From positions 1 through 64,000 of the forward strand of contig NMRA01000347.1 of the NCBI GenBank assembly GCA_002633005.1: a stretch of 64,000 bases of DNA, in the 5' to 3' direction. Below the pieces are notes generated by a model. The model searched no databases and was not told the DNA's origin. It saw only the letters and a list, made by a program, of their open reading frames with translations. The translations under genes were made by a program, and so were the position numbers. Of the stretch, positions 1 through 12,660 are shown piece after piece (the stretch's first letter is position 1; the number at the start of each line of letters is the position of its first letter). The stretch comes from Phoronis australis (Eukaryota > Animalia > Phoronida).

Positions 1-123
1 GAGGTGGCTTATCAGCCAATTATTCACGCATGCTGACTCACAATAGAAGCCTGATAAGAGTGAAGGTGGATAAATGGGGTGTTCCTACAGTTTCTTGTTT
101 TAGTGGATGTGTTCACGACATGT
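1..123 (+). repeat. Dispersed repeat, near-identical to 56320-56442
   Basis: GAGGTGGCTTATCAGCCAATT...GTTCACGACATGT with about 2 substitutions. Confidence 0.9.
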
Positions 124-1610
124 GTAACAAATATGTGGAGAATTATTGGGGTTTTCAATTTATTTTGACGTTGATATCAAGTTTTTGTTGTCATAAACTT
201 AATACAAGTTTGAAATGATACACAGCTCACCATTCATGCTAAAGGAGGCTCAGCATCTGTTGTACCATTCTACAAGATTGTGCATTCAGCCTTAACTATC
301 TATGTGTGTGTTCAGGTAAGAGGATTCATCAAGTAAGCACAGTAGAACCCCAATAGAATTTGAATTTTGAATAAATTGGGTCACGTGACCATGTCTTTTT
401 GGTAAATTTAGCAAAAGACGATTGTACATTCATTACAAACCAACGGTGACCAAAATTACCAAATTTTTGTTTTGAAATGAAGTCACAAGTTAGAACACTA
501 TTACAGATTTCTAAATTATTTCATTTTGGTTTTATGCAACTTCTATTAGAATGTGTTCATGACAGTTTTTCATGGTTTGTTAGTTTAGGCATTACCTTGT
601 ACACATTAAGTTTAAAGTTATCTATTATTGAGTGGAGACAACATTCTTGGTACATCTATCTACTTCTTCATGGAATAGATCTTAGTTCATTATGTTTGTT
701 TATGTTCCATTTCCTTGTCTTCTATAGATTTCAGTTGGCTTGATAGACCATCTATTATATAAGATGTTTGTGGACTTAATGACACTGATAACCTGTTGTA
801 TTTTCATACCTGTAGCAGCTTAACTCTATAATCCTATTTAGCTGCCCCTATTGTTAAGTCTTGACTCCTATTTACAATCATCCCAGCCCAAGCTTCTTCC
901 CTATTGGTTAGTTTTCTATTTTGCGCACATTCTGATTGGTCTAATAGGTACATGTACACCAGAAGTTTTTAATACATCATATAGAACACATGTGTTTTTC
1001 TCTAGGAACCACCTTGGGTTTTCTCCTTGCGCAATAAAACACACATTACTTCAATTTTTTCATCAAAATCATGAGAGTCTTTTTACACACATATTTGTTT
1101 TCACTGATAAACAGGTACAAAAAACCCCCAAAACATTCATCATATACACATGCATACCTCAGGAAAGACCATTCTCTTATAAAGTAAACAACTGCTACGT
1201 GGAGTTTAAGTGAACAACAAAAAGGCTAACCAAGTTTGGAAATTTTTATAGGGTTCTTCATAACCTTAATATAGCTTGCTTGTGCATGATTTGGGGATGG
1301 CATTATTAGCTTAGTTCTTCAGACAACATCCCACATTACATAGGAAAAACTCCCTCGTATCAATGATAGCTTTCATCAGACAGGAAGTGGTCTTTGGTAT
1401 GGACTTGTCATCAGTTGCGCAGCCGTCAGTTAGACAACACTGAATGTCGAAATTGTATACTAATAATAACCCTGGTGAGTACAATTTGTTGAGAAATATA
1501 TTTGTGGAATACTTTCCAACTTGGTAAGAATAAAAGTTCGATCTGTCGCTGTATGCATGAATTCTTCCTGACATGTGATGACAGCTGGTGGTGGTGGTTA
1601 CTATGTTCAA

Positions 1611-1781
1611 TCTTAAGAAGTCGGGGATGTGCGCTTAACCGAGAGGTGGGCGCTTAACCGAGAGGTGGGCGCTTAACTGGAAATCTTCAAAAACCGAGGA
1701 GTGGGCGGTTAAATCATAAATCCACCTAAAGTAAGGGATGGGCGGTTAAGTGAACATGGGCGTTAACCCGAATGTTTACGG
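1611..1781. mobile_element. Solo terminal fragment of the same TIR family
   Basis: GGGCGCTTAACCGAGAGGT repeats ending GGGCGTTAACCCGAATGTTTACGG-TA; reverse complement of about 33301-33470. Confidence 0.8.
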
Positions 1782-2088
1782 TACTTCAAGCTTGGAACAC
1801 TGTATCTTTTGAATATATTATTTGACTCCTCTTGAAACATCAGGCAAATTGCTGATTTAGAACATCATAGGTGCTGCACTGAATTATGGGATGGATGACG
1901 ACTAGACAGAAATTTTGTTCTGCCTCCCCGCACTTCACCATTACCAGATAAATATTTAGTCAATGCAATATTTAGCATGACACTTCCTGGAAATAGCTGG
2001 CAAAGTTCAAGTACCAATAGGGGTTATGGATGTATTCTCAGATACTTTGATCTTTATCTAAACTGAGTTTCAGTTATTTTTCAAAAAA

Positions 2089-2612
2089 GGTTATGTGGAG
2101 CGTCAATCCAAGAGAAATAACGTAGAAAATAAATCTGAAACTTAAATAAGGCGATCCAGATCCTCTGTAGGATACTATTGTTTCAGGAAATGCAGAATAT
2201 TAGGTAAATATAACAACCAGAATGGAGCAACTTAAATTTTCGGATATAATAACACCCTTCATCAACAGAAACAGAAATAAAGTAAAATCAAACACTATAT
2301 GACAATTGACCTTTAAGATGTGGTTAATAAATGTGATACATTGTTGCGAAAAAAATCCAATGATACAATTTAAGAAGATTTTATGTTTAATCCTTAATTG
2401 TATCATTGGATTTTTTTCCGCAACAATATATCACGTTCATTACCCATATCTTAAACGTCAATTGTCATATAGTGTTTGATTTTACATTATTTCTGTTTCT
2501 GTTATTTAATATCCGAAAATTTCAGTTGATCCATTCTTGTTGTTTTATTTACCTGTATATATTCTAGACATTTGCTAAATACACAGACGTTTTATACTGC
2601 CCTTACATAACC
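2089..2612. mobile_element. Kolobok-like element containing a long palindrome
   Basis: GGTTATGT ... ACATAACC-TTAA termini; inverted arms at about 2202-2374 and 2393-2554. Confidence 0.55.
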
Positions 2613-4377
2613 TTAAAACCATGTGCTGCTTAATACGTGTATGGGGTCGTGGCTCATTGCTAGGTTCAGTGATCAGCTGCTTTTGAGGACTTCGGTTGGT
2701 TCATTTCAACATTAGCTTCTGTAAAATTACTTTTCTTGTGAGGAATGTTCACAAGGAGTGACCCTCCTTAATGTAGAATGTCGTGCATGACACCTGTATC
2801 ACAAGAACATTTCTTGTACATTACCCTTCCCCCCATTTGTTGTCCGTAGGAATGGTTGGCTGGGGGATGTATCTATGCCGTTTGACAACGGAGGAGACAG
2901 GTAAAACAACGCACATTCAGATTTTTTTCCGACATTTCATTTCTATATTGCTTTTTGTCGCGGGTGCAGTGCTTAATCTATGTCTTCATTTATTCTATAC
3001 TTATGTTTGCTCATTTTCTACACTATGGCTGTGAGCTAGGTACTGTGATCCTTTTTTCTTCTTAATCCTTACTAGAAGTGGATGGCAGTTTTGTAATCTC
3101 TGCTTTTCGCAATTTTGTATGTTGTCTTATTCTATCCATTTTTAATGTTTCTAGTGATTTTATTTTTGGTTGTCCTTTCGTGAGTTATTTCAAATTCATA
3201 AATCGTGTTTCATATTTGTCCTGATGCCATCTCGAATTGTATCGCCAAGTCAACTTTTTATTGTGTCTTTAGCTTAACTTCCTGTTGTCCTCACTCCTCA
3301 AGCTACTGTCTCCACTACAGGTTATGCAAATTCTCCTCTTCACATGAGTGATTGCAACATGATGTCATTGGTTCATCAAACATTTGTGGCACATCATTGT
3401 GTGCTATGGTAATGAGCTATTGTTTCTGTCTGTCAAGCGAATCTCAAAATGCCAGAATGATGTTTCAATGCGTTGCTTAGATTTATTGATGAATTATGGT
3501 AAAAATGATGAAGAAACTCGTAATATAACTCATGGTGAACTTTCTTTTAATCCTGTTGGAAAAATATAGTCAACGTGAGGATATGTTTTTGTATCTTCTA
3601 ATCGTTCTGAAATGCTAACTTAAAATTATTCATCTAAATATGACAAAATATAGGATATGAATAACTTGGTTTGATCACTTAGAAACGCACCTTTTCAACT
3701 TCTAATCACAAGGCCATGGTTTGTAATGTCATCATTGTTCTTCATGCACATGAAAAAAACTTGTACAATGTTTCACACTCAACATACGTGTTTCAATCAA
3801 TCTATTGATTTTGTAATTGTACAACTCTTGACAATTAAAGCATACGACAGACACATAGTGTCACAGAGCAATCAGTACCTCACACTGAGTTGCTCTGGGT
3901 TATTGAAATTTGTTTATTTCCTTGTCATTTTGATTGGCTGTTTTAAACATCAAGTTACATATACCCTGCTCCATGGTCTCTTTAAAGATTTTTTCTAAGC
4001 ACATTGGCCTTGGGTTACACAATTTTTATGGTGTAGGTTGATGTTGTGCTATCCAGCTAAATCTGTAGTACCTCAGTAAAATCTTCACCAATTGAGGGCT
4101 CGGTCTAATGGTGGACAAGTGAAATTTTATTTGATCATATTCCATAAACATCATGTAACTAATAAGAGCTTTCCGGCAGTGATTTTTATTTACATTTCAT
4201 CATAGCTGAGAGCATTTTTCCTTTATTCACCAGCAGTTTGTCTTTCTATGAAAGTGACTCTTTAAACCCAGTTTTGCCTTATTAGCCCTGGTATTAAAAT
4301 GACTCTTAAACCCCTGTTGTTATTATGGTAGCAGATATTAATGATGACTATAACAGACTTAAGCATTGAACAAAACC

Positions 4378-4695
4378 TCGGGGGGGGGGGGATGACTCAT
4401 ATTGACAAGGTGCCGGCAGGCGTGTACCAAAAATTGTTGAGAGACTTCCTATTGCGTTTGCCAAGTCTGCTAATTCCCACCCCCTTTTGTGGGGTTTATT
4501 TTTCTGTAGGATGATGGCCAGTTTGCCTTTTGAGGGATTGAGGCAATGCAGTGGGGATTTTGCAGTGACTAAGTTGAAATTTAAGGGTCTATTGGACTCA
4601 GCGCGCAACTGCAAAACTTGCGGAAGGTGTACGGCTTACCCGCAATTTATGGTACACGCCTGCGGGCACCGTGTCAGTATGAGGGACTCCACGGG
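4378..4695. mobile_element. Mutator-like MITE, copy 1
   Basis: About 45-bp imperfect TIR (ACTCATATTGACAAGGTGCCGGCAGGCGTGTACCA); homologous to the copies at 44753 and 52047. Confidence 0.8.
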
Positions 4696-5928
4696 AATGA
4701 AACTTATTGTTCACTGGAACCATCGTCGAACTAACAAATGCTTAAAACATGTTTGAAAACTGCTTTCAAAGTCTGCTGTGGGAATTGCACATTACGAAGG
4801 GATAAGTCTCAACTCACAAGATACGGTTTGTAACAAAGGTATTTAGAAATTTTACCTGAATCACAGAACTGTTACTGAAGTGTAAAGTTACCTTTAGTGT
4901 ATTAAAATAGGCAGTTAAGTGCAACAAAGGCCGTCACAACCAACTTGAGCTAAAACGACCGAAAACAGTGGTATCATTTCAAAAGGTCCGTGACTTAAGT
5001 AGTTGAAATGTCTTGACTAGTGCCTGACACAACTGACTCAAGGCCACAAGTAAAGTAGTCTGTGTTACATCAATGGACGCCAGTGTCGAGCATCACAATC
5101 GTTAACTGACACGGCATACAGATTGCACAAATGACGAAGCTTCGAGTTTCGCTACGGCTATACATCCTCATTTGGATTTGGTTTAATCCAATTTGTATCA
5201 AATGCGTTGCAATTCTGACTTTCCAGTGGTTACATCTTTTCTACACCACTTGATATATCTCATTGGTTCAACTCGGCACTACATAACTAAAGCGGACAAT
5301 GTAAATCTTGTCAGCCTCCTTGTACTTCATTGATTTCCTAATGTGATCTGAGTTTGATTATAGTTGCCTCTGGGTAGTGATCAACAAGATCCCCCTGACA
5401 TATTAGATCTTAATTAACCATGTTAAGATTAATGAGATTGCCCGCAGTGCAACTAAATCAAAATGGGTTGAGGATTGCTTAGTTGGTTTACAAGGTAGCA
5501 CAATACACCAAGATCAAAAGATGAAGTTATGTGTGTGAAGATGCCATTGAAACTGCCTTTGCATTGGAGTTAGTCCAGACTAGTTTTGTGGTGGAAACAT
5601 AGTTTAGATCAGCCTAATAAGCTAGCCTGCCTGTTGTCACCTTTCTCGCTTGAGCGAACCTACACTCCACTGTCCTAACTTTGAAGCTTCATTGTACTAA
5701 ACACCAGATGTCGATCTTGGATTGCCGTTTCATCCGACAACCACTTGCCAATTCTACTTTATTTCGATACTTGTTTAAATTAAAAACTGTACAGTGAACA
5801 GTGAGTATACATTTAAATGCCAACAATGTCAAAAGTGCACAAAATGGCACTCGTATGAAGTGGAGAGATAATTTTATGATGGTCACGCAACCAAAATTAA
5901 GACTGGTCCAAAGCTTTCACATTGCACT

Positions 5929-8493
5929 TACATAATTGGACCAACTTTAGTATGCTCGCTAGTCCAGTCTTTTCGAGGGTACTAAATTTAGTAACGTCTA
6001 AATCACCTTTCGCACTGAGTCTAAAATTGTTGCGGTTGGTAAAGTATGTTAGTCCACCATACTTAATCCCTTACGTGAAAGGCCCTTAATTCTCAGTATT
6101 AGATGAAATCATGGCTCAGACTCTAGTGGTCGGTGTTAAGTTGGAATCACTAACTTTTAAAGTGATTGCTTCTTAAACTGACCTATTTTAATGCAACAAC
6201 TTTGGATATGAAATGTCAGCTGAGTTTGCTTGAATATTGGTATCACTGCTTGAAGATTGGAGAAGAAATTTTAATGTTGGCCTGAAGCTAGAAGGTGCAG
6301 AGAATTTCTCTGCTGTCTAGTCTTTAGCTTTTTCAACTTTAGGCATCTTAATCATAATCCATCATAACCGTTCAAAGAATAATTATGAAAATTGGCAGGT
6401 GTATTCCTGACGACAAGACCAAATTGGCCGACGTTGATTTCCGAATGGGTCCAAGTAATACAGTGCCTCCTGATAGCAATTGTTTTTTTTGTGTCTGCAA
6501 CTTTATCTCCTTATTCCTTTACGGGATCTGTGGTGAAATTAGGCAAATTTGTTACAAATAATTTGATCTCACTACCGCTGTCAGTCTCCCATGGCAACAT
6601 TGCATCTGTATCTTCCAAATTCCTTGACGGATATTCATGAAATATTTTGTTTTCTGTTAGAGAACCACACCTTCACATTTTCAGATGTGTTCCGACATAT
6701 TCTGTGCCACCTAGTGGCTATTTATGATACTAATTAACACTACTTGAGGCACATCATTTCAATGCTTTACTGTTCTCTTGTTGCTTTTTGCTGTTGACAA
6801 GTCAGCCATGTCAAGTTCTCCATGTACTTTATGTTTGACATTTAGCTTGATGTGTCCCTATAGTGCTTCCAGACATAATCTATCATTATTGCTTTCATTT
6901 TCAGACACTTTTGTAAACTGCTTAGGGAATTGTATAATAATATCTGGTTTAGCATTACCCTGCAAAACTAGATAATTTGCGTAACATATTTTCAGAAAAA
7001 ACCTTTGTTGTTAGTAAATGTATGTGAATGTGTGTCTGTGTGCGTCTGTGTGTCTGTGTTTGTGTGGTGTATGTGTGTTGTNCTGCTACTCTAGCCTAAA
7101 ATAGCAGCCGACCAGCTGGTCGGCTGATGGCCGGTCGGCTGAAGGGTCGGCTGAAGGGTCGGCTGGGGAGTCGCCTTCTGAGTCGGCACTGCGGGCGGCT
7201 GCCGGTCGGCTAATTTTTAGCCGACCGGTCGGCAAATTAGCCGACCGGTCGACGGCTAGTCGTCGACCAATTTCCGACCGGGCGGCCAAAAATTCGTGAT
7301 GTGTGCTGTACATAATTGGACCAACTTTAGTAAGCTTACATAATTGGACCAACTTTAGTGTGCTCACTAGTCCAGTCTTTTCGAGGGTACTAAATTTAGT
7401 AACGTCTAAATCACCTTTCGCACTGAGTCTAAAATTGTTATGGTTGGTAAAGTATGTTAGTCCACCATACTTAATCGGTTAAGTGAAAGGCCCTTAATTC
7501 TCAGTGTTAGATGAAATCCTGGCTCTCGGTGTTAAGTTGGAGTCACTAACTTTTAAAGTGATTGCTTCTTAAACTGATCTATTTAAATGCAACAACTTTG
7601 GATATGAAATGTCAGCTGAGTTTGCTTGAATATTGGTAACACTGCTTGAAGATTGGAGAAGAAATTTTAATGTTGGCCTGAAGCTAGAAGGTGCAGAGAA
7701 TTTCTCTGCTGTCTAGTCTTTAGCTTTTTCAACTTTAGGCATCTTGATCGTAATCCATCATAACCGTTCAAAGGATAATTATGAAAATTGGCAGGTGTGT
7801 TCCTGACGACAAGACCAAATTGGCCGACGTTGATTTCCGAATGGGTCCAAGTAATACAGTGCCTCCTGATGGCAGTTGTTTTTTTGTGTCTGCAACTTTA
7901 TCTCCTTATTCCTTTACGGGATTTGGTGAAATTAGGAAAATGTGTTACATGTAATTTGACAACAGATGGATGGATCTCACTACCTGTGTCTCCCATGGCA
8001 ACATTGAATCTGTGTCTTTCAAATTCCTTGACGGATATTCATGAAATATGACGAATTTTGTTTTCTGTTAGAAAACCACACCTTCCCATTTTCAGACGTG
8101 TTCCGACATATTCTGTGCCACCTAGTGGCTATTTTTGATACTAATTAACACCACTTGAGGCACATCATTTGAATGCTTTACTGTTCTCTTGTTGCTTTTT
8201 TGCTGTTGACAAGTCAGCCATGTCAAGTTCTCCATGTACTTTATGTTTGACATTTAGCTTGATGTGTCCCTATAGTGCTTCCAGACATAATCTATCATTA
8301 TCGCTTTCATTTTCAGACACTTTGGTAAACTGCTTAGGGAATTGTATAATAATATCTGGTTTAGCATTACCCTGCAAAACTAGGTATTTTGCATAACATA
8401 TTTTCAGAAAAAAACTTTGTTGTTGGTAAATGTATGTGAATGTGTGTCTGCGTGCGTCTGTGTGTCTGTGTTTGTGTGGTGTATGTGTGTTGT
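5929..8493 (+). repeat. About 1.15-kb direct duplication (5929-7081 vs 7309-8493)
   Basis: Colinear, highly similar copies with substitutions and small indels; the ORF track is duplicated too. Confidence 0.95.
7083..7308. mobile_element. GC-rich terminal part of a TA-inserting element (GTCGGC/GCCGAC repeats)
   Basis: Starts at a contig join (N at 7082), ends GTGTGCTG-TA; absent from the duplicate flank at 5929. Confidence 0.65.
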
Positions 8494-8570
8494 AAGTTTG
8501 TGTGTGTGTGTGTGTGTATGTGTGTGTGTGTGTCTGTGTGTGCGCGCGGGTGCGTGCACATGTGTGTTTG
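8430..8570. repeat. Imperfect (TG)n microsatellite
   Basis: Visible dinucleotide run. Confidence 0.95.
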
Positions 8571-9248
8571 TTTGATTGCCTCTATCGGAGAACAGTGGAA
8601 AAATATTGGCATCGGTCAAACGGGAGAAAAATCATAGTTTGAAGAAGTTGTCGAAGTCTTAGTGGGTATGTTCTACATTATCTGCAAGTGTAATTAGTCA
8701 ATTGTCTACAAAATTTACTTAGTAATTCAAAAGTTGAAAGGATGAAGAACTTGATTTTTCACCAATCAGTTATTAATTATGTGATGGGAGCATGTCTCTT
8801 GTTGTAAAATTAAAAAGGCAAGGTACATATTTCATAGCCAAACGGCATTTATATTGAGAGGATAAAGTTGATGATCCCATCTTCATTACAAGCACTGGAC
8901 ATTTCTCAACCTTCACTATGTTGTACTATCGAGAGAATGAGTACACTGACAACATGCAATTCACATGGCCAGGGAAATTACAGAGAGTGAATAGTTGGAT
9001 GTCACAGGATGACCACATTCTATTGAGTTGGGGTTTGTATTCTAAAATTTTGAAACTTTCTTAAACAGACAGCATATTACAAGCATTGTGGTCTAAAAGT
9101 CTAACATTAATGCCGTTTACACTTACAAACTTGACAAGGATCAGCCTATCAGCCTATATAAACGGTTTCGCTTTTTGTCAGCTAATGTATTTTATTTCGG
9201 TGAATAAAATCGATAAGAAGAGGAATATAAGCAGTGCAGATAGCCAAT

Positions 9249-9671
9249 AGTGCCGTTTACACTTACAAAGTTGACACGGATCAGCTGACATGGAACAAGT
9301 TGTTCCAGTGTGTAAACGGACAGACACGGCGCAAATTGACACCGCTGTGGCAAATTTTTGCCACCCGTTTGTGAGGTAGAGTAATTTGCGACCGAACATC
9401 TTGCGCCGTGTCAATTATAAGTCTAAACACGAAACTGGAGTAAGGCGGAAAGGATCATCTCTGCTGCGCTTGTGCAATGACCTACGTACGTGTTCTTTGT
9501 CTCTGTAACTGTCGTCGTTTGTAAACCTGCGCATATGCGATACAGTCTCTCCAGCCTTTAATTTCCGTCTTGCCACGGTTAGTGAGTTGTGTGTGTAAAC
9601 GGCCACTTGACACGGGTCAATTTGCTCCGTGTCAGTTGCGCCGGGCCAAAAGTTGATGTCTAAGCGGGACT
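9249..9671. mobile_element. PIF/Harbinger-like MITE
   Basis: AGTGCCGTTTACAC ... GTCTAAGCGGGACT termini, internal GTGTAAACGG and TTGACACGG repeats; partial duplicate at 9111. Confidence 0.65.
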
Positions 9672-11940
9672 ATTGTCAAAATTCATATCATGACCGCTAA
9701 TCTATCACATGACTATTGACAAAACTGTTTTTTATCTTTAGAATGTTTATAAAGTCTAAAAAGTTTCAAAATCCGACTAGTCATACCAATATGCGATGTG
9801 TTCAATACAGCTCAAACAATACTCAACGTCAGATGGATTTTGTGTGGGTGTCCTGAATTTTGTTTAGATCTAGTGAAATAATTAAGGCTATTGGTATCAA
9901 AAATAACAACAGTTTCCACAGCAGGTGTTACTTTGCCCAATACTCTGGTGAGTATGGTGGTATTATTGTTATTAAGTGTCAAGCTATAACTGAATTTGTG
10001 AGAGCAACCATCTACAAATTTCCACGGTAACCATTGGCTACTAATGTGGTCTTGAAAAATTGTAACTCAGCAAATAAAATGTGTCGACTAGAACAAATAT
10101 TTTAAGCCTTGCTCAGTAACACACCAGTTAGATTTTGACAATGTTAGAATTTTAGGTCACGATGCTTGTAATTTCTGTCTCTTTGTGAAAGAAAATTTCA
10201 AAATTTTTGAACACAAACCCCAACTCAATAGAATGTTGTCATCCCATGAGATCCATCTATTCACATGATATGGTAGCCTCTGTAATTTTATGGCCATGTG
10301 TATTACATGATGTCAGTGTATTTATTTTCTTAATAATACAGCTCAGAGAAAATTGTGAAAATTGTGAAACTTCAAGTACTTGTAATCAAGATGGAATTTA
10401 TGTAACCTTGATTGTTAATTCTATCCTCATGTTATGACCAAAAACGAAATTTTTATGTTGGCAAATTTTGTTTTGTGTGTCTGAAATACAATCTTCAAAA
10501 TGCTAATACATTTTTCTAAAGTTTCATTTCTGTTTTAGAAAAATCATAAAACTTTTAATTTTGATAGCTCCTGATGCAGAAATGAAATATTTTAAAATCA
10601 GATTCTAATTTGGAGAACAAAGTATAAAGAAAATTTGGACTCAGGTCCTACATAGCTGTTAAGGCAGGAACATCAAAATCATGGAAATTTAATTAGCCCA
10701 ATTGCCTACGAAGTGAAATCTCGCTGTTACAACCCATTGCTGAATGATGGCGCTGGAGTCATCAATACAAGTTCCAGAAGGAATCTCCCCCCAGTGTTAC
10801 CCAAAGTCAATACAGGAAAATTTGTTTATCTGTAAAAGACACCCGAGGGTTCTTTCTGAAATCCAGATCTCATTACTAATTGCAGGAAATGAGTCAGCAG
10901 AAAATTACTGAAGATTTGTATTGGCAGAAGTTGCTAATGTTTTCTCAGTATTATGTAGCCTATTATGTACTCGGATATTTAGGCCTCATTTTCCAGAAAT
11001 CTGTCAACTGAATACACGATGCATTTGGATTGCACGGTAATTTTCAAATTGTTACAGTTCATTTCTCAAAATCACAAAATAGTTTTCAATTTCAAGAACT
11101 GAGAGTCAAGCTGGAGATTCAAAGGATTTGGCTTTTGTTTTGTGATTCTGTCAACATTCCATTTCCTGGAGGGACGTAACAGACTGTAAAACTTTGTTTA
11201 ACCACTTCCTATCATTGATCTCCCATGAAGGTATGAAGTTGCTGATAACATGTGGTGTTCGATAAAATAAGCGGAAAAACAGCCAAGAGATTTGAAATCA
11301 ATAGTAATGCTTGGATTTCACTGTTGGGTGTTTTGAATCTATGTCAATTACCTACTGAGCTGGTAGTCCTCTCACCTAGTTTTTAGTCATCTTGACATGT
11401 AGTCAATATCTCTTCAGTTACATTTCCTTTTACACCCTGTTATTATGATTCCGTGGTTGGTGAGGCAAGAAATGTCATCTGCTTCATTGACATGCCGTGT
11501 CAAAGATATTTCTTTGGGCCTATTTCACTTTTTAAAATTTCATTTCTATTTTTGGTCGTTATCTAATTTGGAATGTTTTTACCAGCTCATGCCATGTTGT
11601 TTGGGGAGAAGCTGATGTTGTGTGGCATGACACTCTCAAACTCAAGACTATGGTCAATTTCCTTAAATTTGGAAAAAAATAATGGCCAAAATTGTCATTT
11701 TTCATTTTTGAAATGCTCACTGTATTGCCAAAAATGCAAAAGTTCAAATTATGAAATAAAATTGCTTTCCTGGCTATGCTAAGAACTAATAGTTGACCTG
11801 AGTAAGGACTGTCAAGCTTCCTGTACAGTGCTGCCCCCGTTGGGTCTTATCCAAATGCTACAATTTACAATTCTCCAGAGCGTAGTCATGTGATAGTATA
11901 TTTAATTGTTGTTTAAAAGTAGTACCTCATTGTATTATAT

Positions 11941-12473
11941 TACTATTTCAATAGCAGTCAGGCTGTTTATTCTACACGTTCTTCTGTTGCTGGCAATGTT
12001 TCTTCTAAAAAAATTAAAACCGAGACTGGCAAGAGATCTTTTATCTATGCAGCTGCTATAATATGGAATTCTTTTAGCCCAGAAATTAAACAGTCCAACT
12101 CAATTACTACCTTTAAAGTTAATTTTAAAAAGTGGCTGTAATTTACTTAACCTTTTATACCCTGCCTATCTTAATCATGTCATTTTTTCATTGTCGTAAA
12201 TACTCTCATTGTCTAGAGTCATCTCTTAATTTATTTCATCTGTCTTAGTTAATTTTTTACCATTATTTGTCATTTAGGTATTGTCTTAATTCTCAGCCTT
12301 AACTGTTTTAATTGTATCTTTGTTACGTATATTTCATTGTTGTTTTATTACTTCATTGTTAGTATTATATTACTGTTTTTGTTTTTGAGGGCCCTCTTGG
12401 AAAGCAGGGCTATAAATGAAGAGGCCACCCTCATTTTAAATATAACAATAAGTAAATAAGATAAATAAAATAA
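11941..12473 (+). mobile_element. 5'-truncated L2/CR1-group (Crack-like) LINE 3' end
   Basis: Frame 11941-12141 reads YSTRSS...GKRSFIYAAAIIWNSFSPEIKQSNSITTFKVNFKKWL*, typical of the ORF2 C-terminus in this group; followed by a T-rich UTR, a GAGGG..CCTCTT/AAGAGG..CCCTC stem-loop and an AATAA tail. Confidence 0.85.
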
Positions 12474-12530
12474 GTGTATATTTGGTCAGCTTATACAAAT
12501 ATTTTGTAATAAACATTTAGTGATTGTAAT

Positions 12531-12660
12531 AATGATACATTATGATACATTATGATACATAATGATACATAATGATACATAATGATACATAATGATACAT
12601 AATGATACATTATGATACATAATGATACATAATGATACATTATGATACATAATGATACAG
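12531..12660. repeat. 10-bp minisatellite (AATGATACAT/TATGATACAT), about 13 copies
   Basis: Direct tandem units. Confidence 0.97.

Noticed and set aside
226-315. 90-nt open segment ending in CAG|gtaag as an exon
   Set aside because: Poor acceptor context, no homology, and a phase-0 donor that does not fit the better-supported downstream acceptors.
4757-5900. Transposase remnant
   Set aside because: I could not read any convincing conserved motif in the frames checked; it needs a blastx or HMM search.
8367-8637. His/Thr-rich and Cys/Val-rich ORFs
   Set aside because: Translation of a TG microsatellite.
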